NCBI GenBank assembly: GCA_050253415.1
Contig: JBFWJC010000003.1
Coordinates: forward strand, 1 to 64,000
Reading direction: 5' to 3'
From: Pedobacter sp.
Lineage (GTDB): Bacteria; Desulfobacterota; Desulfuromonadia; Desulfuromonadales; Syntrophotaleaceae
DNA length: 64,000 nucleotides
Shown in pieces: positions 1-10,483 of the stretch (positions are counted from its first letter, which is position 1; every line of letters starts with the position of its first letter). Below the pieces are notes generated by a model. That model searched no databases. It was not told the DNA's origin and saw only the letters and a list, made by a program, of their open reading frames with translations. Made by a program: the position numbers and the translations under genes.

Positions 1-124
1 ACGCGCACCGACCACATCGTTCGCTCAACCAACTGACCCCGGAGGAATTTGCTGCAAACTTCAATCAGCACATAAAGGCTGGAATCACTAACCTAAAACT
101 GGTCCAGTCAACGGGGTAAGGTCA
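1..124 (+). mobile_element. Right end of an IS3-family (IS407-like) insertion sequence: C-terminus of transposase OrfB plus right inverted repeat
   Basis: Reading from base 3 gives AHRPHRSLNQLTPEEFAANF...QSTG* (IS3 OrfB 'RPHxSLxxLTPxEF' tail); ends ...ctggtccagtcaacggggtaaggtCA at 124, an IS3-type terminus. Confidence 0.85.
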
Positions 125-1322
125 CTTCTTGCTCATTCACAAAAAGAAAAGGGTGATCGTCGAAACCCATGTGACAACGACGAGTCATGATAACTTCGCG
201 ACGAGGGATATAGTTTCGATACAATTCCCAGAAAAGTGCGGAAGCAGTAGGATCTGTGAAGTATAGAACGGCGTAATGGTCCTTTGTGGTCGTTTTTGAA
301 TTTTTCCAGCCAACTTTATAGCTTCCGGTTCCCCGCGTTCTTGGAACCATTTGGTTATAATTTCGACGAAGGTGTTCTGCTCTAGTTGATTTCATTTGGC
401 GACCATTTGGTCCGTCGATGTATGCGAGGCCATGCTCCGGATGGTATAGGAAGACGGATGCTAATCCAGGGTTATTGGGATCTTCAATTACATCAAAAAT
501 CCAAAGGTGGTATGGTTCATGAGGTCTGAGACCAGCATAAGCGCATAACAAACAGACCATCATGTCTCGGATATTGTAGTCGTTCCAGGATTCTCCCTGT
601 TTTCCTGGTTTTTTGAATCCCTCCCAGATGAGCTCCTCGATTCTTTTTGGTGGAAAACTATATAGGTAAGATCCTTCGTGGTTGAAGTTACTGCCAACTT
701 TAGGCAAATGAATCAAACTTGTGGGGGAAGGAGAATTGGAATTTAGATACCCTAAGAGTTGAAAACCTCTTTTGCGAGTCTCATGAACTATTGAAACGAT
801 TGTTCTTCCTCCAATGCTGGATATAGCCATGGAAGGTTTTATGGAAGGGATTTCTTTTTTTTCACGAGCAATCCAGAGGCCAAAGCGCTCGATGTTTGAA
901 ACATATCGACGAACTGTGCTGATCGATTGAGCGGGCCAATACAATTTGAGTGGGTCATGTATGTCGTCAGTGATGGTTCCAAAAAGTAAGGCGTTGCCAA
1001 ATCCTCGCAAGAGTTCTCGTGCTTGTTCCCAAGTAGACATACTTTTAGGAAGAAACGGAAGGCGTGAAATTAGGTAGTCCCAAAATAATCCTAATGCTCT
1101 AGCATTTTCTGTTTGCCAGGAATCACTATAGGTCCATTTTGCGACGAAATATTCATATAAATCTAGATATGGTTTTGCTGTACCGTCAGGATATCTAAGA
1201 ATAAGTACTCTCGCTGTCCAGCTTTGTGGTAGGCGTCCACTATCAGTTTTGACCAGATATTTTTTAACCGTGTGGTGGAATCCGGTTATGCTTGAAAGAA
1301 AGTTCATATAACCTCTTGGCAA
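108..1322 (-). pseudogene. Tyrosine recombinase (gamma-mobile-trio GmtY-like), C-terminally truncated by the IS3 insertion
   Basis: Box I-like 'LLCAYAGLRPHEPYHLWIFDV', plus 'DPLKLYWP', 'YHPEHG', 'GWK', 'HPFLFVN'; HxxR and catalytic Tyr region absent; last codons and stop lie inside the IS end. Confidence 0.7.
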
Positions 1323-1534
1323 CTTTAATGATAAACTTAACCTGTTGGTTTTGAAACTATTTTGGTAATGTTTGAAAGTTTAGAGTGATTTACTTTTTTC
1401 GTCCCATGTATTTTTGTCACAGACTTTTATTTGTTTTTTTCACTCTTTTCATTTTTTGATATATGAGCGAACCAAAAATAAAAAGTTAATAAAATGGTTT
1501 TTTTTTGTTTTCTTCCTAACAACATTGCAAGAAC

Positions 1535-1565
1535 AAAAAAAGGGCCAGCTTAGCTGGCCCTTTTT
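1535..1565. terminator. Bidirectional intrinsic terminator-like hairpin
   Basis: aaaaaaagggccagc-tta-gctggcccttttt: perfect stem flanked by A and T tracts. Confidence 0.6.
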
Positions 1566-2263
1566 GTTTGTCTCCTTGACTATTGAATTTTTTATATAAG
1601 CCCAAGTTGGCTCTTTATCTTGTCTGATAGGTGTCATTTTGTTTTACGTATATATCCCTAATTATACGATTTGGAAGAAAATGGCCAATTCGGTTCCAAT
1701 TGATTTCTGTCCCCATCACCATTCCAGGCTATCTGGTTATGTGCACAAAATCCCTGCTTAGTGATAGCGTATGTCAAAACTGCTGGAGGTTCTCGCTTAA
1801 GCAGAATAAACATTTAAGCAGGTGAGGTCGCATGCCAATTGGCACATCATTGCGCAACGGGAGCGATGAGCTTCTTTGTAGCTGCTGTGGGCAAATTTCT
1901 GGCAGATTGCTAACTGCTTGTCCCCCTCGGGAGAGAGTTGTCCTCAGTATGCCCCTCGAGGTGCGGCTTTTGTACATTTGTCCCCTGGTCACAACCCTAT
2001 CAGTGATGGTTCCGGAAATCAAGGGGAAAAAACTAAGAAACGTCAATGGAAATAGATAGTTAGCTAACAATTTTGTTAGGAAGGCAACCCACGACTCCCC
2101 TCAAAATTTCAATTTTCAAACACTTAAACACCTTTGTACAAACCTCGCAAAAAAGAGGTGCTGATAGTAATCCCTCCATCCAATAAGACTGCCTGCATTT
2201 TTCAAGTTATTTCTCAAATTCGTTCATTTGCTGTTTTATCATTGCAATGCCCAAAATGAACGG

Positions 2264-2316
2264 ATAAAGGCTGTAATCACTAACCCCGAACTGTTAGAAT
2301 CAATGGGGTAAGGTCA
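2264..2316 (+). mobile_element. Degenerate copy of the IS3 right end seen at 72-124
   Basis: ataaaggctgtaatcactaaccccgaactgttagaatcaatggggtaaggtca aligns gap-free over 53 bp with 72-124. Confidence 0.75.
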
Positions 2317-2399
2317 ACAATCACCTAGATAAATGTACCGCCCCTCTGTGGCCCTGACATTTCCTCTATCTCTTTCCAATGGGTTTCTCCATCCGGTGA

Positions 2400-2532
2400 A
2401 AAGGAAATATTTAGGCAGGCAGGCTGTTCAGTGCCATTGACCTTGAGCGTGCCTGCGCAATGATTGCGCTGGAGTTCTAACATCTTGAAGAGCACTTTTA
2501 CTTCATCCTCAGTAAATTTCAGTTCGAAAGAT
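2400..2532 (-). pseudogene. Fragment of a YybH/SnoaL-like (NTF2-fold) gene
   Basis: Translates FELKFTEDEVKVL...HCAGTLKVNGTEQPA, homologous to HLAGTLKVNGSDQPA of the pseudogene at 3819-4260. Confidence 0.55.
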
Positions 2533-2715
2533 TCAGTCTCCGAACAGTTTGCCTTCTCCGGCCCAATTCGCTAGAGCCACGTCCTCAAAGATAACGTAAA
2601 TGTATTTCGGATCCGTACCGGTATTGCGGACGATACTTTCTGTGATTTCGGCGGCAACAGTCTGTTTTGTGAGGGTATTTTTACCTTCAAACCAGGTGAC
2701 ACGTACAACGGGCAT
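2533..2715 (-). CDS. 4-oxalocrotonate tautomerase family protein
   Basis: 60 aa, catalytic Pro-1 (MPVV), 'IYVIFEDV...NWAGEG' family pattern. Confidence 0.85.
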   Translation of the reverse strand: MPVVRVTWFEGKNTLTKQTVAAEITESIVRNTGTDPKYIYVIFEDVALANWAGEGKLFGD

Positions 2716-2792
2716 AGTGTTTTCCTTACTTTGAAAAAACAGTTTTGGATTATCTGCTGATGTGCTCAGGCAGGCGAATGCTTATCAAGAAA

Positions 2793-3794
2793 TCAGTGTT
2801 CGAGAAAATTGCGCAGATCCTGCGTAAACTTGAACGGATTCTTAAACATCAAAAAATGATCTCCTTGCTCTGCCTTGGTATAGACATACAGCTTTGACCC
2901 TGGAATAACTGAATGGGCCCAACGCTGGCTCGGCAAATTGGTACTGTACTCACCGGTGAAAATAGCGACTGGCATTCTGATTTTGTAGCGCAGAACATCA
3001 CGCCAATCGGCGGAGGCATGGTTATACATTATTCGCATCATGGCCGTTGGATCGTTCCTGATCACAGACTCTGCAAATCCTTCGGAATTGGAAAAGTAAG
3101 GTGAGTCACGTAATTTAAACCGGGCGTTAAAATCAGTTGTCTCCGGATCGGGGTTCTCCAGAACCGGAGTCTGAAGTGCTTTGATCAACGCATCAGGGGA
3201 ATCAACAAAGGCTCCTGCATCCCTGCGCTCCTGCTCAGACCAGTCGGCATGTGCAACGATGGAAATCGGCTCATCAACAAAAATAGCTTTGCGTATGCCC
3301 TCGCTTCCAAAAAGGTCGATATAACTCCATAGGACAGATGCCCCCATAGACCAGCCGCAATAATCAGCTAACTTAATATCCAGGTGCTCGTTCAGTTCTC
3401 TGAGATCCATTGCGTATCGGGCAATGCGGTTTCCAAAATTAACATGATCCGATAACCCTTGGTTACGCTGGTCAAGAACAATAACCCGGTAGTGCTTAGA
3501 CAGGAGATACATGACGTTGATGTACTCCGCGCCATTGGCTGACCAGCCAGGAATGAATATCAGCGGCTTGCCTGAACCGGCTTCCCAATAGGCCAGTTTG
3601 ACGCCATCTTTGGTTTTATAAAAATTGATGCTTAGACCGGAGAAATCTGAAAGTTTTGCCGGCAGTCCCTGAATACGGTTCTGGAAGGCATAATCCTTGC
3701 CAAGCACTGACAAAGCAGGCGCTGCAAAGGATACGCTGGACAATGTGCTACTTAGTAACAATACCCACAAATAACGGGAGATAGACTTAAACAA
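2793..3794 (-). CDS. Exported alpha/beta-fold hydrolase (arylesterase / non-heme haloperoxidase-like)
   Basis: Signal-peptide-like N-terminus, 'PGWS', 'DQRNQGLS', nucleophile elbow GWSMG, C-terminal GDH. Confidence 0.85.
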   Translation of the reverse strand: MFKSISRYLWVLLLSSTLSSVSFAAPALSVLGKDYAFQNRIQGLPAKLSDFSGLSINFYKTKDGVKLAYWEAGSGKPLIFIPGWSANGAEYINVMYLLSKHYRVIVLDQRNQGLSDHVNFGNRIARYAMDLRELNEHLDIKLADYCGWSMGASVLWSYIDLFGSEGIRKAIFVDEPISIVAHADWSEQERRDAGAFVDSPDALIKALQTPVLENPDPETTDFNARFKLRDSPYFSNSEGFAESVIRNDPTAMMRIMYNHASADWRDVLRYKIRMPVAIFTGEYSTNLPSQRWAHSVIPGSKLYVYTKAEQGDHFLMFKNPFKFTQDLRNFLEH

Positions 3795-3818
3795 GATGAA
3801 TCCTTTCTGTTATATATT

Positions 3819-4260
3819 TCACTGTACAGGGGTTTTTGAAAAGCTATAGTGCCAGAACTTCCACTGGTTATCATGCTAGCGTTTCAAAATGAAAAGTTCT
3901 TTAAATGATGGGGAGGGTTGCCGGTTGGTCGCTACCGTTGACCTTGAGCGTTCCTGCCAAGTGGCTGAGTAGCAACGCGGCATTTTTGTCGAGCAAAGTC
4001 ACTTCATGATGGTGAAATGGAGATTAAGGTAATGGATTCAAAGGTACCGTCGTAAGCGACAGTAATACCTTTACGCCCAACGGCTGCAGGAGCATCCGGT
4101 ACCATCTGGATGCCATCTACGGTGTACAGTTGCACGATGATGCTGGTATCTGTTGCGTTAAGGGCCTTTTCGTATTTCGCAAGGACCTCATGAATCGCTT
4201 TATTGCCTGAAGCATCGTTACTGCCTGCAAATGCAGGCAGTAACAACTGCTGTAAAAATT
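3819..4260 (-). pseudogene. Frameshifted YybH/SnoaL-like (DUF4440) protein
   Basis: 'AIHEVLAKYEKALNATD...LYTVDGIQMVPDAPAAVGRKGI' continues across frameshifts and a stop to 'ELFILKR*HDNQWKFWHYSFS'. Confidence 0.7.
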
Positions 4261-4473
4261 AGTGCCAAAAGTGCTGTTTTGATGATCTGGATCTGCCCCT
4301 AAAGTTTTTTGTGCATCCACCTTCCCCCCCCCCTCACTGAAAACCAATAAAAATAAAACATTTCCAAAGGAACCCATCCAAGAACAGCTTTAATAGAGTC
4401 CTCCAACAGCTTGATTTTATAGTTTTTCTATTTTTGCTTTTTATAATTAATGCATAGGTCACAGAAAGCCAAT

Positions 4474-5193
4474 CTAATTGACTACGAATTGTAACCACAT
4501 CGCAGAGATAGGCATGGCTAACAACATTGACGGTAGCATGCCCGCGACCGGGAAAGATGCGATGCCGCAAATCCGAAAACCGGTAGCGAACATAATTAAT
4601 CCCCCCACCGCGGAGAAATCCGCAATCATTTCTGGGGTTGTCAGCGGGAGGATGGTCGCAGCACCGAAAAAAAACCCCGTTTGGATAATAAACGTGGGAA
4701 TAGCTAAGATTGCCACTGGGTATCCGAGAGCTATGGCGAAGATTCCCGCCGTAAAAAGGTCCAGGAAAGCTTTGATGACCAACAGTGACGCATCACCTGT
4801 CATGCCCTCGTTTATCGAACCGAACACACCGGTACCACTGGCGCAAAACAAAACCAGAATGGCGATGAATTTCTCCATGTACTCTTCCTGCGACAGACCG
4901 TTGGTGGGAGGAGTAATCACTTTGTCAGTCATCCCGCGTACCACATCGGCAACTTTCTGGATTCCGGCTTCCAGGTGGATCAATTCACCGAGAATTGATC
5001 CCAGCAGCAAAGCCAAAATTACCACGGGTAAAAATTTAACCTTTATAACCATTGCGATTCCGAGTCCCATGGATGCACATCCGAAAATCATCGGCAGTTT
5101 TTTGCATAGATTTTCTGATATACGTTCACCAAGAAACGCACCGCTAATACCACCGGCGAGTATCGCCGCACCATTCACAAACGGCCCGATCAT
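4474..5193 (-). CDS. DUF554 family membrane protein (YqgA/YdfK-like)
   Basis: 'MIGPFVNGAAILAGG', 'LFCASGTGVFGSINEGMTGD', 'KAFLDLFTA'; multi-TM; start placed at the second Met. Confidence 0.85.
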   Translation of the reverse strand: MIGPFVNGAAILAGGISGAFLGERISENLCKKLPMIFGCASMGLGIAMVIKVKFLPVVILALLLGSILGELIHLEAGIQKVADVVRGMTDKVITPPTNGLSQEEYMEKFIAILVLFCASGTGVFGSINEGMTGDASLLVIKAFLDLFTAGIFAIALGYPVAILAIPTFIIQTGFFFGAATILPLTTPEMIADFSAVGGLIMFATGFRICGIASFPVAGMLPSMLLAMPISAMWLQFVVN

Positions 5194-5357
5194 AAGCAAT
5201 CTCACTTCCTGAAAATATAATCATAGGCAAACCTACTTTTAAAAAAGCCCCGAGCGAGTTCAAGCAGTCAACGCAACACACTCCTGTTGCTTCTCGGAAG
5301 GGGTGCAAAAATCAAATGTTTTACGTGGTCCAGAATTGTCTTGGATCTGGCTGGCAG

Positions 5358-6716
5358 CTAATGCAAACATTGTAGTAAGCCCATAGCCCATTGACATGCC
5401 CCGCAGGGTTCGGCCTTCGCATAACAGTCTCGCTCGAAGTCTTCCTCCTGCAAGAGATCGCAGGGAGCGATGGTACAGTTACTACAGTAAGGATAGTCGA
5501 AGGCATGAACATTTTCGCGGAAGGTGCGAAATGTCTCATCGTTCCAAATGTTCAGCAGCGGTCCCTCGTTGATGTTGCCGAAGATCTTGGGTTTGATAAG
5601 CCGATCCCAGTCGTTGATGAAACAACGGAATTGATGCCAGAGGAAGTAACATGGGTGTACGTCTCCATTCCAAGAGATAAAGGCTCCACCGTCTTCCACG
5701 AAATCGCATTTTCTTTCGCTGTGAGGGACCGCTAAGGGCAGGTTCAGTTCGATCCCCAGTTTCTCCGCCAGCCTTTCTGCTTCGGTGAACAGGGCCAACA
5801 TCTCCGTCGAGTGATCGGCGCTGCGTTGCAACAGGCGCGGCAGGTCAAGGAACACATCCTTGCGACGTGCTTCGGCCCGCATTTTGTCCACCATTTCTAA
5901 TATCCTGGCGGTTTCAGATTCGGGTTCATTATAAAACCGGTCCATTTCCCAACAGGGATTATAATTACGTACATCTAGTCCCATGTCGGCGATCTTGTCC
6001 CGCCAGTCGGCGAAGATCTTTATGGCCTGTTCGGTCGAATTATCGTAGGCAAGCTGGGCAATGGCGGAACTATTGTAAGCCGATGCCTGGGTGACGAGCA
6101 TAAAGTCGGCGCCCCGGTCCGCGGCCCAGCGTAGAGTTGCCAACAGTTGTTGCTTGTTTTCCTGCATCAGAACGAATTCGACACCGATCTTCAGCCGGGT
6201 ATCGGGCTGGCGTTTGCGGGAGGCGGCCAAAAAGTCAAAGGCTTTCTCCATGTCGCTGAGAGCTTCCCCTTCGCGCACTTTGCTGAACGTGTCGGGTTTG
6301 ATCCCGTCTACCGACAGGCAGAGGCGGTCAAGGCCGGAGGCCACCAGATCCCGCGCCCAACGCTCGTCGAGCAGCAGGCCGTTGGACTGAAAGCCGATCC
6401 AGGATTTTTCCGGCATGGCGTGCCGGGCCCGATGGATAAAATCAAGCAAATGGGGGTGCATCAGCGACTCGCCGATACCGTTGAGCAGCAGGGCTTCGAG
6501 TTGGGGAAAGACCGGTTCCAGAGCGCTGAAGGTCTCTTCGGTCATATCGCCGTCAATGATATTGCTGTCGGCTGCCTGTTTGACGCACATGGGGCAACGC
6601 AGATTGCAAAAGGTCGTGATTTCAACAAACAGTTTGCTCGGATGATCCATGAAAGGAGCCGGCAGGGCATCGGTAAGCTGAAAAGAGGGTTGGGGTCTCA
6701 TAAGTCCTCCGGACAT
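5358..6716 (-). CDS. Radical SAM/SPASM putative metalloenzyme maturase (Geobacter type, associated with Mo/W enzymes)
   Basis: CNLRCPMC SAM motif, 'LNGIGES', SPASM cysteines 'CDF...PCYFLWH...CSNC..APC..C...PCGACQWAMGLLQC'. Confidence 0.85.
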   Translation of the reverse strand: MSGGLMRPQPSFQLTDALPAPFMDHPSKLFVEITTFCNLRCPMCVKQAADSNIIDGDMTEETFSALEPVFPQLEALLLNGIGESLMHPHLLDFIHRARHAMPEKSWIGFQSNGLLLDERWARDLVASGLDRLCLSVDGIKPDTFSKVREGEALSDMEKAFDFLAASRKRQPDTRLKIGVEFVLMQENKQQLLATLRWAADRGADFMLVTQASAYNSSAIAQLAYDNSTEQAIKIFADWRDKIADMGLDVRNYNPCWEMDRFYNEPESETARILEMVDKMRAEARRKDVFLDLPRLLQRSADHSTEMLALFTEAERLAEKLGIELNLPLAVPHSERKCDFVEDGGAFISWNGDVHPCYFLWHQFRCFINDWDRLIKPKIFGNINEGPLLNIWNDETFRTFRENVHAFDYPYCSNCTIAPCDLLQEEDFERDCYAKAEPCGACQWAMGLLQCLH

Positions 6717-7139
6717 ATGGGCAAAATTTTAGTAGCCTGATTGTTTGTCAATAAGATTGAAAGCTCTCTTTGTTTTACTAAAATCCATGCCCATTCTTCA
6801 CTGGAATTTTAAGCCCAAGAAGCGTCCGATCCTCACAGGGTAGGAATGGACTCACCTTGAAAAATCAAACCATTTAAACTTAGGCATTTGGTTCTGTCCA
6901 GTCTTGGCAGGAAATCTCGATGTTCGACCGCACCATTTTCAATTGGATATACAGGCCATCCCAATTCAACCGGTAATATGGTCACCTGTTAGGTTATCGG
7001 TCACTACAAGCCAATAAAATTTGCGCGAAAGGACATTGCACTGGCCAATCCTGAATGGAAGGATCATTGCTCATTTACCAACATTTTTACACTTTTTTTC
7101 CAACAGTAATTATTGGCAAGTATTATCAAAATCCGTCGG

Positions 7140-8678
7140 CTAGATATTGACGCTGATTCGCTCTGAGGCGTTCAATGCCTTATTGATGGCACTGATGTAG
7201 CCTTTGGCACTGGCAACGATGATGTCGGAGTCTGCTCCTAGACCCAGCACTTCGTGGCCATCAAGTTCAAGACGGACAGTGCATTCGCCGAGGGCATCCG
7301 TGCCACCGGTGATTGACCCAACTGAGAAATTAATCAGGGTCGGGTTTAACTTGGTCATTTTTTTGATCGCCTTAAATGCTGCATCGACTGGCCCGTCGCC
7401 CATGACGGCGGCCTTTTTGATTTTTCCTCTTATCTCAAGTTCGATCGTCGCTGTTGGTGCGGCGAAAGAACCACATGTAACATTTATCTGAATCAACCTA
7501 ATGACTTCAGGATTTCGGATGATTTCATCGGCGACGAGTGCGTCAAGGTCTTCGTCAAATATTTCTTTCTTCTTGTCTGCCAGGGCCTTGAAACGCACGA
7601 AAGCACTCTCTATGTCCTCTTTGGGGAGTGCGTAGCCAAGATCGTTGAGGCGGGCAATGAAGGCATGACGTCCGGAATGCTTGCCAAGAACAAGTTTATT
7701 AGTATTGAGTCCAATTGATTCGGGGGTCATGATCTCGTAAGTCTCTTTTGCCATCATCACGCCGTGCTGGTGGATGCCAGCTTCATGGGAGAACGCATTA
7801 GCGCCAACTATAGCCTTGTTCGGTTGTACACTGATGCCGGTGATAGTCGACAAGAGCTTACTAGCACCGTAAATATGAGTGGTATCGATATTATTTGCAT
7901 AAGGCATAATGTCTCGCCTGGTGCGCAAAGCCATTACCACTTCTTCAAGAGAGCAGTTTCCTGCCCGCTCACCGATGCCGTTAACGGCGCATTCGACCTG
8001 CTCTGCACCAGCCTGGATGGCTGCCAGCGAGTTGGCCACGGCCAGTCCAAGGTCGTTGTGACAGTGAACCGAGAGGGTTGCTTGGTCAATGTTCGGTACA
8101 TTGTCCTTAAGGTGCTTTATCATCTTGGAGAACTCAAAAGGGATAGCGTATCCGACTGTGTCTGGGATATTGATAGTTGTTGCACCAGCTTCGATAACCG
8201 CCTCAACCATTTCGACAAGAAAGTCGAGTCTCGTGCGGGAGGCGTCCTCGCAAGAGAACTGGACATTTGACGTATAAGTAGCTGCATGCTTGACTGCTTT
8301 AACGGCTGCTACTTTAACCTCTGCCGGTGTCATCTGTAACTTGCGCTCCATGTGGATGTCTGAGGTGGCGATGAAGATATGGATGCGGCCTCGATCGCCG
8401 GCGAATTTGAGCGCTTCCCAAGCTCGATCAATATCCTTAAAGTCAGCTCGGCACAGGCCCGCAATCTCAGGGCCTTTAATGGTCTGGGCGATTCGTTTAA
8501 CCGCTTCAAAATCTCCTTCTGATGCGATCGGAAAGCCAGCCTCAATAATATCTACATTGAGCTTCGAAAGTTGGTTTGCAAATCGCAATTTTTCTTCAAC
8601 ATTCATGCTCGCTCCGGGGGACTGCTCACCATCACGCAAAGTTGTGTCAAATATCTTTACCCGTTTAATTTTGGTCAT
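7140..8678 (-). CDS. leuA: 2-isopropylmalate synthase
   Basis: DTTLRDGEQSPG, HCHNDLG, GERAGN, HEAGIHQHG, C-terminal regulatory domain 'GDGPVDA'; RBS aaggag before Met at 8678. Confidence 0.95.
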   Translation of the reverse strand: MTKIKRVKIFDTTLRDGEQSPGASMNVEEKLRFANQLSKLNVDIIEAGFPIASEGDFEAVKRIAQTIKGPEIAGLCRADFKDIDRAWEALKFAGDRGRIHIFIATSDIHMERKLQMTPAEVKVAAVKAVKHAATYTSNVQFSCEDASRTRLDFLVEMVEAVIEAGATTINIPDTVGYAIPFEFSKMIKHLKDNVPNIDQATLSVHCHNDLGLAVANSLAAIQAGAEQVECAVNGIGERAGNCSLEEVVMALRTRRDIMPYANNIDTTHIYGASKLLSTITGISVQPNKAIVGANAFSHEAGIHQHGVMMAKETYEIMTPESIGLNTNKLVLGKHSGRHAFIARLNDLGYALPKEDIESAFVRFKALADKKKEIFDEDLDALVADEIIRNPEVIRLIQINVTCGSFAAPTATIELEIRGKIKKAAVMGDGPVDAAFKAIKKMTKLNPTLINFSVGSITGGTDALGECTVRLELDGHEVLGLGADSDIIVASAKGYISAINKALNASERISVNI

Positions 8679-8707
8679 TTTAGTCTCCTTGTATTTTTTG
8701 CCATCCG

Positions 8708-8788
8708 CTAAGGGGGAGCATGTGCCCCTTTCTTTTCCGTCGTCCAACTTTTCAACAATGCGCCTAGGTCATTTAGGTCGGATTCCAT
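8708..8788 (-). CDS. Putative 26-aa Leu-rich upstream ORF (MESDLNDLGALLKSWTTEKKGAHAPP)
   Basis: Strong RBS gggaggtga; four Leu codons (CTA, CTA, TTG, TTG); lies between the T-box terminator and leuA. Confidence 0.4.
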   Translation of the reverse strand: MESDLNDLGALLKSWTTEKKGAHAPP

Positions 8789-8823
8789 ATAATCACCTCC
8801 CTTCGTTCAAAACTTTGATGCAG

Positions 8824-9076
8824 AAAATATAAAGCTCCCGCCCCGGTCAGGGGCGAGAGCTAATCTTCATAGTACCACCCTGGTTAGTTTCGCCATAACG
8901 AAACCATTCATTAGCCATTTACGCAGGCTCACGACGGAAATTACTTGGGTCCCATGAAACATCGCCCTTTGACGTCCCTAGCTCCAAGGCCAGTTCGGAT
9001 CCTATCTGTACAGGTTCGCAGAACCACCGGCTCTCTGTAGCAGTATCAGATCTTACTACTCCTTTTCAGCACCTTT
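8824..9076 (-). promoter_or_regulatory. T-box riboswitch (Leu) upstream of leuA
   Basis: Stem I motifs (gctgaaaaggagtagt, cagagagcc), specifier gaaCTGgcc (Leu; 8991-8993), T-box agggTGGTact (8871-8881), terminator agctctcgcccc-tgacc-ggggcgggagcttt. Confidence 0.85.
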
Positions 9077-9528
9077 AATTTTTTTGAAAGCCCCATGGCT
9101 TACTGAATCAAATGTCTAACTATTTTGAGATAGAGATCCGCATTGTATTTCTATTATAGGAATTATCGCGCAAAAAGTTTAAAATCTTATCGAATCGTAT
9201 TTAAATTTATTATACAGATATTGTCTATTTGTATATAAAGAATATTTATTATTGTTCTAACTGTAAATCAATAGTCATGTAAGTGTTATGATTGTAGTTG
9301 AAAATATTTTAAAAATTTTTATATCTTGCTAATGTAGTTAAAAGATTGATTTGTAAACAATTACAACCTGTTGGCCGAAAATGAAAAAGTTTGTAATTGA
9401 ATGAGCCAGGTGCTGTTTTTTGTGAGGCTCCTTGATATACCTGGCGTACGAGGAGTCGTTTTATAGGAAAATAATTACAAATAGTATTGATTAACAACGT
9501 CTTTGCGACAGGGAAAAGGAGCTCTCCA

Positions 9529-10296
9529 TTAACTAACAACAAAATTGATGCCCGCATCAACAAAGTGAGTTTCGCCGGTCACGCCGCTGGATAGTTCGGA
9601 CAGCAGATATAAAGCCGATTTGCCAACCTCGGCCTGGGTTACCCCCCTGCGTAGTGGGGCCTGCTCGTCCACAAGCTTCATTCTTTCCTTCAGTTGGCCG
9701 ACTGCAGACGCGGCCAAAGTTTTTATCGGGCCGGCAGAGATGGCATTGACACGAATACCTTTCTCGCCTAACTCGGCGGCCAGGTATCGCGTCGAAGCCT
9801 CCAAGGCAGCCTTTGCAACGCCCATGACGTTATAGTTGGGAACAGCCCGTTGGGCACCGAGGTAGGTCATGGTGACTATGCTGCCGCCCTTCTTCATCAA
9901 AGGCGTTGCGGCACGGCTTACAGCCACCAATGAATAGGCGCTTATATCCATAGCCAAGGCAAACCCTTCACGGCTTGTCTGGCTGAAGGGGTTCTGGAGG
10001 TCTTCACGATTGGCAAAGGCTACCGCATGAACCACAAAGTCGAGTTCTCCCCATTTTTCGCCGACTGTTTTGAACACTGCTTCCACATCCTCATTTTTGG
10101 ACAAGTCGCAAGGCAAGATTAGTTCGGCATCAAGTTTTTCCGCCAGAGGTCTGACCCGTTTTTCCAACGTATTGTTAAGATAGGTAAAAGCCAGCGTAGC
10201 GCCTGCGGCTTTGACTTGCTTGGCAATCCCCCAAGCGATACTCTTGTCGTTGGCAACGCCAAGAATAATTCCACGTTTCCCGGCCATCAAACCCAT
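9529..10296 (-). CDS. fabI: Enoyl-ACP reductase (NADH)
   Basis: 'GVANDKSIAWGIA', 'YNVMGVAKAALE', 'ISAGPIKTLAA'. Confidence 0.95.
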   Translation of the reverse strand: MGLMAGKRGIILGVANDKSIAWGIAKQVKAAGATLAFTYLNNTLEKRVRPLAEKLDAELILPCDLSKNEDVEAVFKTVGEKWGELDFVVHAVAFANREDLQNPFSQTSREGFALAMDISAYSLVAVSRAATPLMKKGGSIVTMTYLGAQRAVPNYNVMGVAKAALEASTRYLAAELGEKGIRVNAISAGPIKTLAASAVGQLKERMKLVDEQAPLRRGVTQAEVGKSALYLLSELSSGVTGETHFVDAGINFVVS

Positions 10297-10483
10297 ATTT
10301 CACTCCTTCTAAATTGCACGTTAAACCTGTCTTGTCTATAATCGGTGCTCTGGCAATTTTTGATGTTGTCTTGTTCAACCTGCCTCAAGGCGTAGACATT
10401 TCTTAAATATTCAATAAGTTTTATGTTAAAGAGTTGGGTCTTAAAGGAAGGTGTTCCATTTGAAAAAGAAAATGTAGAATGGC

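Noticed and set aside
1839..1856. sigma54-like ttggcacatcattgc
   Set aside because: GG-to-GC spacing is 9, not 10, and no credible gene lies downstream
1414..2070. Several 60-100 aa ORFs between the recombinase and the IS scar
   Set aside because: Low-complexity or motif-free, no clear RBS; cannot be supported as genes
4478..5212. 244-aa plus-strand ORF
   Set aside because: Antisense mirror of the DUF554 gene
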